Part shown: one piece after another, positions 17,375 to 23,947 of the stretch
Position numbering within the stretch: the stretch's first letter is position 1
How the letters are laid out: every line of letters starts with the position of its first letter
From: an uncultured Clostridia bacterium
GTDB lineage: Bacteria; Bacillota; Clostridia; Oscillospirales; Acutalibacteraceae
DNA: 37,677 nucleotides
Assembly (NCBI GenBank): GCA_945988915.1
Contig: CAMFTS010000001.1
Span: 1-37,677 of the forward strand
Reading direction: 5' to 3'
Notes under the pieces: generated by a model
What the model was told of the DNA's origin: nothing
Database searches by the model: none
The model's input: only the letters and a program-made list of their open reading frames with translations
Made by a program: the position numbers and the translations under genes

Positions 17375-18631
17375 TTAATATTCATCCTTTAATCCCTCTG
17401 TGTCATATAAGAATGCAGTTTCAAGCATAACATTTATACCTGCTTCAACTGTCTTCGGATCAAGATTATCAGCTTTATCGAGTCTTGTATGATAATATCT
17501 TGCCGGCGTAGGATCCATAGCGGCGAGTGCTGCTGATTTAATACCGACTTTCTGAGCTGCGGCAGCGTCAGACGAGCCGAAGAACACCTTTGCATAAGGA
17601 AGATTAAGTCCCGCTGTTTCACTTGCCTTTTTAAGCATAGCGGCAACCTGCTTATCAAGTGTAACCGTACCTGACATATCCTTATTGTAAACGCCCATAT
17701 CATCATAATCGCGAAGTGTATCAACTGCAATAAATACTGTTTCGACGCCGTCGTCTATATGCTTTTTTGCATAAGCTTTTGCTCCGCGGAGTCCGCATTC
17801 TTCACATGCAGTAGATACAGCAACTACTTCTGTGTTTTCAAATCTGATATTATTAGCTTCCATAAAACGAACAACCGCCATTGAAGCAAATACACCTGTG
17901 AGATTATCGTTAGCTCCGTCAACTACTAAGCTCCAATGAACAAAAATTGAGCACATACCAATCGGTATTAAGGTTATAACGGCAATTACGAGAGTTGTGA
18001 TATTAAGCCATGACGGAATGTCAAACAAGCCGATAACATCAATAACCAGGTTCAATGCCATTGAGCCTATCGCAAGAGCAATAACGGCAGTAAGCATTTT
18101 GCCGCCGCCGAGATATGTGTAGAACCATTCATAAGCAGAATCGACATGACCTGCAAAAACAATTCTCTTTTTTGTTTCACCGGAAGCTTTTCTCGTACAA
18201 ACCACATTGTAGGTTGTTCTCTTTGGGAAAAGAGGGTCAAGCAATTCTTTGTAGAAAAGGAATTCGCCGATTATAAGTACAACTGCTGTTGCCGAAAGCA
18301 CAAGTGATAAAATGCTTACAGGTCTTTCAGCAGCACCGAGGAAATCAAATCTGCAAAGAATAAAACCGATAACTGAAATTAAAAGTAAAACGACATCAAT
18401 TACAACCCAACCCATAAATGCCTTGGGATGAACATCAAATTCTTCTTTTTCAACGCTGTCGCAAACATTTTTCATTGACTCGGCAACATAATCCTGAGCT
18501 TTTCTCTCGCCTTCTTCGCCTGATTCACGAGGTCCTATCTGAGTGCAAACCTTCTTCACTTCACGAACGGCATAGTTTGTCATCTCTCTTAACCTTGACG
18601 GATAATTCTGTATGCTTTCATATGCTTTCAT
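17375..18631 (-). CDS. M28-family metallopeptidase with four inserted transmembrane segments
   Basis: 418 aa with M28 metal-ligand motifs in order: GHVDS, GANDNLTG, EECGLRG, YYHTRLD. Two TM hairpins are present, one before the HxD motif and one between HxD and DN. Confidence 0.75.
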   Translation of the reverse strand: MKAYESIQNYPSRLREMTNYAVREVKKVCTQIGPRESGEEGERKAQDYVAESMKNVCDSVEKEEFDVHPKAFMGWVVIDVVLLLISVIGFILCRFDFLGAAERPVSILSLVLSATAVVLIIGEFLFYKELLDPLFPKRTTYNVVCTRKASGETKKRIVFAGHVDSAYEWFYTYLGGGKMLTAVIALAIGSMALNLVIDVIGLFDIPSWLNITTLVIAVITLIPIGMCSIFVHWSLVVDGANDNLTGVFASMAVVRFMEANNIRFENTEVVAVSTACEECGLRGAKAYAKKHIDDGVETVFIAVDTLRDYDDMGVYNKDMSGTVTLDKQVAAMLKKASETAGLNLPYAKVFFGSSDAAAAQKVGIKSAALAAMDPTPARYYHTRLDKADNLDPKTVEAGINVMLETAFLYDTEGLKDEY

Positions 18632-18779
18632 ATATTCAACTCCTAAAAATTTAATTCAAGTTATTTTATCACAAAAATTCAATATTGTCGATAATGTTTT
18701 GTTAAATACTGTTAAAAATTTGACGAAAGTTCACGCCCAACCGACATATCTTTATCGGTTAAACCGCAAAATAAAAGAT

Positions 18780-18808
18780 TTGACAATTTTCGAGAAAGAA
18801 CATAAAAT
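18780..18808 (+). promoter_or_regulatory. Sigma-A type promoter for the VanY-like gene
   Basis: -35 TTGACA (18780-18785), a 17-nt spacer, and -10 TAAAAT (18803-18808). It lies about 30 nt upstream of the ATG at 18838. Confidence 0.55.
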
Positions 18809-18837
18809 ATAGTTATAAATATGAAAGGTTATATTTT

Positions 18838-19773
18838 ATGGGAGATAATAATATACAGGAAAGGCCCGTCGAAAGAAAGCCGAAAAAATCAAAAAAGAAT
18901 AACGAAAAATTCGATATAAAAAAAATGTTCAACTCTCTCGGAGTGAAGAAATATCTTGTTATTGCTCTTGCGGTAATAATGCTTCCCTTAATTTTAGGGT
19001 ATGCTTTAATCTATGAGAAAATCCCCGAAAGACAGGTTATTATTCCTCCTGTTGAGAATTCAACAACAGAGGCGTCAAATAATGATATTCTGACTCCGGA
19101 GGAGATTTCACAGCTTAACGAGGATTCAACTCAAGCCGAAGATAAAACCGATAAAAGCAACGAAAAAGAAGAAGAAACAACTGCTCGCTGGATGGCAAAA
19201 ATAATCGATCCGACAGACGAGGAATATTGGTTTCTTTCGATTATCGGAGCCGATTATCCGTTACCCGATAAATACACTCCGTCGCTGTCGCCGATTATTG
19301 AAGGAAGCTCAATAACAGTTGATTCCCGTATAGTAGCAAAATATCAGGAAATGTATAATGCGGCAAAGCAGGACGATTGCATTTTAACCCCGTATTCAGG
19401 TTATCACAGCTATTCCCTGCAAAAATCGACATACAGCAGAAAGGTAAATTTCTATGTTAATCAAGGCTTATCTCAGGAAGAGGCGGAAAAGAAAGCTAAA
19501 ACAAGCGTTTTACCTGCCGGCTGTTCGGAGCACAATGCAGGACTTGCTGTTGACATCGTAAGTGCAAGCGAAGATTTTGCAAAAACAAAAGAGTATCAAT
19601 GGCTTTGTGACCATGCTCACGAATACGGCTTCGTTTTGAGATATCCCGCAGATAAAACCGAAATTACAGGCGTAAGCTATGAGCCGTGGCATTGGAGATA
19701 TGTCGGTGAAGAAGCCGCAAAAAAGATGGCAGATAAGAACGAATGCCTTGAAGAATATCTCGGTATCGTTTAA
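18838..19773 (+). CDS. D-alanyl-D-alanine carboxypeptidase, VanY/M15B family, membrane-anchored
   Basis: 311 aa with a basic N-terminus and one TM helix (YLVIALAVIMLPLILGYALI). The C-terminal domain carries SEHNAGLAVDI and EPWHWRYVG zinc-peptidase motifs. Confidence 0.85.
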   Translation: MGDNNIQERPVERKPKKSKKNNEKFDIKKMFNSLGVKKYLVIALAVIMLPLILGYALIYEKIPERQVIIPPVENSTTEASNNDILTPEEISQLNEDSTQAEDKTDKSNEKEEETTARWMAKIIDPTDEEYWFLSIIGADYPLPDKYTPSLSPIIEGSSITVDSRIVAKYQEMYNAAKQDDCILTPYSGYHSYSLQKSTYSRKVNFYVNQGLSQEEAEKKAKTSVLPAGCSEHNAGLAVDIVSASEDFAKTKEYQWLCDHAHEYGFVLRYPADKTEITGVSYEPWHWRYVGEEAAKKMADKNECLEEYLGIV

Positions 19774-19790
19774 AAGTGAATAATATAAAG

Positions 19791-19825
19791 AAAAAAGGCA
19801 GTTCATTAAATGAACTGCCTTTTTT
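19791..19825. terminator. Bidirectional rho-independent terminator between the VanY-like gene and the 972-aa gene
   Basis: aaaaaaggcagttca...tgaactgcctttttt. The GC-containing stem is flanked by an A-run and a T-run, so it can work for both convergent genes. Confidence 0.8.
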
Positions 19826-19867
19826 GAACTTAAAAAAATATTGTATACTAAGGAATAATTAAAATCA

Positions 19868-22786
19868 TTAAATGCAATAGCTAAAATAATCATAGAAATA
19901 CTCTGAATTTAATATATCATAGTCTTCAAAAACAAAGCTCTTAGCACTTTCATAATAGCCAAATTCTTCATCATATTCATAATATGAAACAAATACTTTT
20001 AATTGATTGTCAATGAAAATTGCTCCAAGGAATTCAGGGTAAGCATAATCAAGTACACTGCTACCATATTCATCTTCAATATAACTGCAAACAGCTTCGA
20101 ACACATTTTCCTCATCATTTCCGACTTTCAAAAGATATGTATCATAATCGATTTCACAATCATTGTTCAAATCGTAATAATACTGGAAAACAGCATAGGA
20201 AAAATCTTCTGAAGCAGCTAACACTATTTCTGCTAATACTTGAATTGAAACATAGCCATCAGTTTCAGAAAAAATATAATCATAGTATAAGCTATAATTG
20301 TTATTAGCATAATCAGACATATAGTATTGATAAACCTCATCAAAATCATTAGCTATTTTCTGATTAAACGCCTCAATATTTGATGTTGATACATTAATTT
20401 TAGGATAACGAATTACATTTTTTCCAGAAAGCTCAACTGGACTGTTTATTTCCGTTCTATAAGCTTCAATAACGATATCACCATCAACAATTGGTGGTTC
20501 TGGCTCTGGTTCAGGCTGTGGCTGTGGAGCAACTCCACCACCAAGCTCTCTAATTCCAGCAACTGCCTGTAAAATCCATTTTGCGTCAACTACTGAAAGC
20601 TTACCGTCACCATTAACATCAGCAATTGCTTTTTGATTGTCGTCAAAATCTCTAAGTGAAGCTAAATTCTGTAAAACCCACTTAGCGTCAACAACTGAAA
20701 TCTTATTATCATTATTAGCATCACCAGCCAAGCTATCAGTTGGTTGAATATCTGGTCCTGGATCTGTATTTGTATTTACATATACATTTGCATATGCAGA
20801 AGAAGCGTCAATTGAATTATCCTCGTCATCAAGAAGATCTAAACAATCAAGTTCAAGAGTTCCTTCCTTTAACACTTTAAATTCAGCTGTAAGCAATACC
20901 TTTGTACTTGTCAACCTTGTTCGAGCACCGGCAAGCTTAATTTCACCAGCTGTCCCGTCATTTATTGCCTGTATGAAGCAAAAACCTAAATTCTCTTCTT
21001 GAGCAGATACAAGCTCAAAGCAATCTGTATCATAGTTCAACAACAAATCATATCCTGTATAACCTGTTGAAATAATAACTGAAGCCTTAACAGTTTCGCC
21101 AACATTAACAGTATCTCTATCCAATTCAATTGCAATTGGTTCTTCCGGATCAGATTCTGGAACGAACAACATTTGATAGTCAGAATAAATATCTATTGAA
21201 TTTCCGTCTCTATCATATGCGTTAGAACAGCTTGCCAACATTGGTCCTGTCTGTATTGTTTTAAATGTTATTGTAAACAACAATGTTTCCTTGCTACCAT
21301 CATCAACTGGGTTTATACAACCTTTATATTCATATGTGACAATGCCACCATATTCTTCACGGCTCAACAAACCACCATTTTGATTGTCAATCCACATGCC
21401 CTCAAAGCAGTTGCTTTCTAAGCTCAAGCTAACTTCAGCTTCTCCAATATTAGTAGGTGCATAAACTGACGCTGTGAATGTGTCGCCAATACCAAGATAG
21501 TTATCACTAAGTTCTATTCTAACGTTAGAAATATTCTCATCTGGTTGTGGAACATATTCAATCATTGGAATTATCTGCGACTCAGTTGTACTACATCTTG
21601 AGCATGTACGAATCTTTAATCCTTCTGAATAATATGTAGCTTCTCTTTCAACAATCCAAGAGCCAAAGCTATGACCTAACGCAGGGATTGTTTCAGTAAT
21701 CTTGTCGCCACAAGAACAAGTCTTATATCTCAAGCCTGTTTCTGTGCAAGTAGGCTCTTTTTGTGTAACCCAAGAGCCATAAGAATGAGTATGCTGACTA
21801 TAGCTAACTAATTGCCATGTTTGATATTTTTGCCAAGTTGAATCTGTCGTATATTGGCTTAAAAATACTTTTCCGTTTTGCTGTGTCAAAACTAAATTCT
21901 CATTATATGCCAAATGGAGAACATATCCGTTACTGACCTTTTCAAATTTCCAACATTGAGTATTATTATTGGAATCATCATAAAGTTTTATTTCCGCACC
22001 ATCTCCTGGTGCTCCACCCCATGCACTAACAACTCTTTTTGAACTACAAAGTGGTCTTAACTTATATCCGTTTGAGGCTTTGATAATATTATAAACATCA
22101 GAATTTTCATAGAAATCTGCCGAAGTATGTATAATCGTTCCGTTTTCATCATTACCATAAGCAACATGTAAATACTGACCATTTTGAACATTTTTTAAAG
22201 TGTATTTACCTTCTGTAATGCTTGTATAAGTCACAGATGGGGTGTCGGTTGTAGTTTTTTTATAATTGGGTCTTACGAAAACATGTGTCCAACCATTATA
22301 ACTATCAACTGTAGAATATGGATAAACTTCAACTTGACTATATCCCGATGTCCAAAAATTACCATTGATACAATTTGAGTTATCTTGCATAAGTGCTGCA
22401 TGTGTACAGCTACTACCTGATTTGAAAATAACAATATCGCCTGCTCGCGGAGAAGAAACATATGTAGCTCCCGCATTTATAAGCTTATTCAAGAAATCGT
22501 TAACATCTCCACCCTGTGGTACAGCACTTGCTTGTCCTGCACGAATAGCACAGTCAGAAATAAAATTGTCGCACCATCCTTCTGTGTATCCAAACTGACT
22601 TTGCTGTCTACCTATTTGTGCCCTTGCAATTGCAACCATATCTGACGCACCATCACCCGTGAGGGTGTAATTTGTATTAAAGTTTTGATACATAGATTGA
22701 TTAGCACTTGCACTAATCATTGCGCAAGACATTGTGCCAAGTATCATAACAAGGCTCAAAAAAAGTGATATTAATTTTTTTGTCAT
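19868..22786 (-). CDS. Secreted multidomain protein. Domain order: signal peptide, CHAP, ricin-type lectin, Cys-motif repeats, two cohesin-like modules, dockerin, Pro-rich linker, Tyr/Asp/Glu-rich C-terminal domain.
   Basis: 972 aa with the SD AGGGGGA. The signal peptide ends ...ISASA|NQ. Domain calls come from motifs read in the translation and are listed as sub-features below. Confidence 0.8.
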   Translation of the reverse strand: MTKKLISLFLSLVMILGTMSCAMISASANQSMYQNFNTNYTLTGDGASDMVAIARAQIGRQQSQFGYTEGWCDNFISDCAIRAGQASAVPQGGDVNDFLNKLINAGATYVSSPRAGDIVIFKSGSSCTHAALMQDNSNCINGNFWTSGYSQVEVYPYSTVDSYNGWTHVFVRPNYKKTTTDTPSVTYTSITEGKYTLKNVQNGQYLHVAYGNDENGTIIHTSADFYENSDVYNIIKASNGYKLRPLCSSKRVVSAWGGAPGDGAEIKLYDDSNNNTQCWKFEKVSNGYVLHLAYNENLVLTQQNGKVFLSQYTTDSTWQKYQTWQLVSYSQHTHSYGSWVTQKEPTCTETGLRYKTCSCGDKITETIPALGHSFGSWIVEREATYYSEGLKIRTCSRCSTTESQIIPMIEYVPQPDENISNVRIELSDNYLGIGDTFTASVYAPTNIGEAEVSLSLESNCFEGMWIDNQNGGLLSREEYGGIVTYEYKGCINPVDDGSKETLLFTITFKTIQTGPMLASCSNAYDRDGNSIDIYSDYQMLFVPESDPEEPIAIELDRDTVNVGETVKASVIISTGYTGYDLLLNYDTDCFELVSAQEENLGFCFIQAINDGTAGEIKLAGARTRLTSTKVLLTAEFKVLKEGTLELDCLDLLDDEDNSIDASSAYANVYVNTNTDPGPDIQPTDSLAGDANNDNKISVVDAKWVLQNLASLRDFDDNQKAIADVNGDGKLSVVDAKWILQAVAGIRELGGGVAPQPQPEPEPEPPIVDGDIVIEAYRTEINSPVELSGKNVIRYPKINVSTSNIEAFNQKIANDFDEVYQYYMSDYANNNYSLYYDYIFSETDGYVSIQVLAEIVLAASEDFSYAVFQYYYDLNNDCEIDYDTYLLKVGNDEENVFEAVCSYIEDEYGSSVLDYAYPEFLGAIFIDNQLKVFVSYYEYDEEFGYYESAKSFVFEDYDILNSEYFYDYFSYCI
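20549..20725 (-). other. Dockerin module with a duplicated Ca-binding segment, aa 688-746
   Basis: GDANNDNKISVVDAKWVLQNL ... DVNGDGKLSVVDAKWILQAV. These are two DxNxDxxxxxxD loops, each followed by a helix. Confidence 0.75.
20777..21526 (-). repeat. Two paralogous cohesin-like modules of about 120 aa each (aa 421-542 and 551-670)
   Basis: Both begin (V/I)xIELxxxxxxxG(D/E)T(F/V)xASV. The second contains LLLNYDTDCFELVS, which resembles the cohesin xLxYDxxxLE motif. This is pattern recall only. Confidence 0.5.
21803..22204 (-). other. Ricin-type beta-trefoil lectin domain, approx aa 195-328
   Basis: Contains QxW-type repeats (TQCWKFE, QTWQLV) with about 40-aa periodicity (YTLKNVQNGQYL / YKLRPLCSSKRV / YVLHLAYNENLV). 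Confidence 0.65.
22271..22654 (-). other. CHAP (Cys/His amidohydrolase-peptidase) domain, approx aa 45-172
   Basis: Contains YTEGWCDNFISDCA (nucleophile Cys context) and GDIVIFKSGSSCTHAALM (His context), which resembles the usual CHAP pattern. Confidence 0.65.
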
Positions 22787-22842
22787 AAAAATCCCCCTAA
22801 AGCATAATAATTTCTATTATCTATAGTTGATCCAACACAGAA

Positions 22843-22877
22843 TTAAAGCAAGGGTTTCACCTTGCCTTAATTTTTTT
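22843..22877. terminator. Hairpin/terminator-like element between the lipoprotein gene and the 972-aa gene; the T-run is on the plus strand
   Basis: ttaaagcaagg gtttca ccttgccttaa (6 bp, a mismatch, then 4 bp) followed by TTTTTTT on the plus strand. On the minus strand it sits 3-prime of the lipoprotein gene but has a poor U-tract there. Confidence 0.45.
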
Positions 22878-22904
22878 ATTTAACCCTAAATTTGCTATTA
22901 TAAA

Positions 22905-23534
22905 TTAGTATAATGGCTTTTCAACTTTATACTCAATTGATTTAGCCCATTCTTCAACAATTGGGTTCTTAATTTCATTGCCATTAGCATCAACATATGA
23001 AACAATTATAAGCTTTACATTGTCAAAGTTTTCAGAATCACATCTGATATAAACCTCACCGTTATCACCATTTTTATATTTTTCATCATCAGCTGTAACA
23101 TAAGCTTTTGCGAATCCTTCGCCAACGCCTACAAGTCCGCCTAAGCGAGCTAATGCAAGGTTGTCTTCTTTATAAGCAACAACACCAATTGTGACCTTTG
23201 AAATAGTGCCACCTGTGCTGTTTTTGAAAACTATCTTAATTGCATCGCTTCCACCCGTACCAATTACAGCGCCACCTGTTAAAGCGTCTTTAACGATTGA
23301 CTTTTCAACAACCTTTACATCAAATGTGTCCTTTGCTTCAACGGCATTCAAGCCTTCTAAATCGATTTTATGTTCTGGTTCAGCCTCTGTTGTTGCCTCT
23401 GTTGTTGCCTCTGTTGTTGGTTCAGTTTGAACCTCTGTTGTTGTAGTTGGTTCTTCAGTTTCTTTTTTTGCACAAGCACAAAGGCAAGACATAAGTACCA
23501 ATGCACAAAGCAAAATTGCAATTATTCTTTTCAT
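22905..23534 (-). CDS. Lipoprotein with a Thr/Glu/Ala-rich tether and a beta-rich C-terminal domain, unknown function
   Basis: The ATG at 23534 (MKRIIAILLCALVLMSCLCAC|AKK) is preceded by GGAGGTAATT. The ORF-track start at 23546 contains that SD within its own codons. A lipobox-like LCAC is present. Confidence 0.7.
   Translation of the reverse strand: MKRIIAILLCALVLMSCLCACAKKETEEPTTTTEVQTEPTTEATTEATTEAEPEHKIDLEGLNAVEAKDTFDVKVVEKSIVKDALTGGAVIGTGGSDAIKIVFKNSTGGTISKVTIGVVAYKEDNLALARLGGLVGVGEGFAKAYVTADDEKYKNGDNGEVYIRCDSENFDNVKLIIVSYVDANGNEIKNPIVEEWAKSIEYKVEKPLY
23383..23418 (-). repeat. Perfect 12-nt tandem repeat x3 (gcctctgttgtt) encoding (TTEA)3
   Basis: Read directly at 23383-23394, 23395-23406 and 23407-23418. 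It is in frame within the lipoprotein linker. Confidence 0.9.
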
Positions 23535-23568
23535 AATTACCTCCATAAATTTATTTTTAATATACTAT

Positions 23569-23617
23569 AACATTATATATGTAGCTTGTCAAGTTACATA
23601 AACAACATATAATGTTG
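23569..23617 (+). promoter_or_regulatory. Divergent promoter region with an imperfect inverted repeat; candidate XRE operator
   Basis: -35 TTGTCA (23586-23591), a 16-nt spacer, and -10 TATAAT (23608-23613). The inverted repeat is aacattatat(at)gt at 23569-23582 versus acatataatgttg at 23605-23617. The right arm overlaps the -10. Confidence 0.5.
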
Positions 23618-23661
23618 TCGCATATACTAAAAAATAAAGTTATAATTTATTTGGTGATGGT

Positions 23662-23886
23662 ATGAAAAAAGATCAATTAGATTATTACAAAAAGCTCGGC
23701 TTAAACATTGCGTACTATCGCAAGCTAAATAAAATGTCTCAAAGTCAACTTGCAGAGCAAATTGATATTAGTAGGACTCATATGAGCAGAATTGAAACAG
23801 CTGAATGTGCAGTTTCACTTGACGTTGTATTTTCTATTTGTGATGTTTTAAATATACAACCATCTAAGCTTTTTGACTTCAGATAA
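23662..23886 (+). CDS. XRE-family helix-turn-helix transcriptional regulator
   Basis: 74 aa. KMSQSQLAEQIDISRTHMSRIE is a typical HTH_3 signature. Confidence 0.85.
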   Translation: MKKDQLDYYKKLGLNIAYYRKLNKMSQSQLAEQIDISRTHMSRIETAECAVSLDVVFSICDVLNIQPSKLFDFR

Positions 23887-23908
23887 AAATATAAAAAACA
23901 CATAAATT

Positions 23909-23939
23909 AAGGCAGGGTTTTCGCCCTGCCTTTTGTTTT
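23909..23939. terminator. Rho-independent terminator shared by the XRE gene (plus) and clpC (minus)
   Basis: A 9-bp stem aaggcaggg/ccctgcctt with a 6-nt loop, followed by TTTTGTTTT on the plus strand. Confidence 0.8.
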
Positions 23940-23947
23940 GTAAAAAT

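Noticed and set aside
18821-18919. A 32-codon upstream ORF overlapping the start of the VanY-like gene out of frame.
   Set aside because: No SD precedes the ATG at 18821. That ATG forms part of the GAAAGG SD region serving the ATG at 18838. It is most likely fortuitous in AT-rich DNA.
20497-20530. Short periodic DNA in the PQPQPEPEPEPP linker, and the 12-nt x3 repeat at 23383-23418, as CRISPR-like or phase-variable frameshifting repeats.
   Set aside because: The units are multiples of 3 nt inside reading frames, are far too short, have no spacers, and encode linker peptides. Copy-number change would not switch expression.
19791-23939. The low-GC island as a prophage remnant, transposon, ICE fragment or integron cassette array.
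   Set aside because: There is no integrase, transposase, recombinase, phage structural gene or tRNA target. There are no terminal inverted repeats. The only repeats are terminator-like hairpins. Only compositional evidence for acquisition remains.
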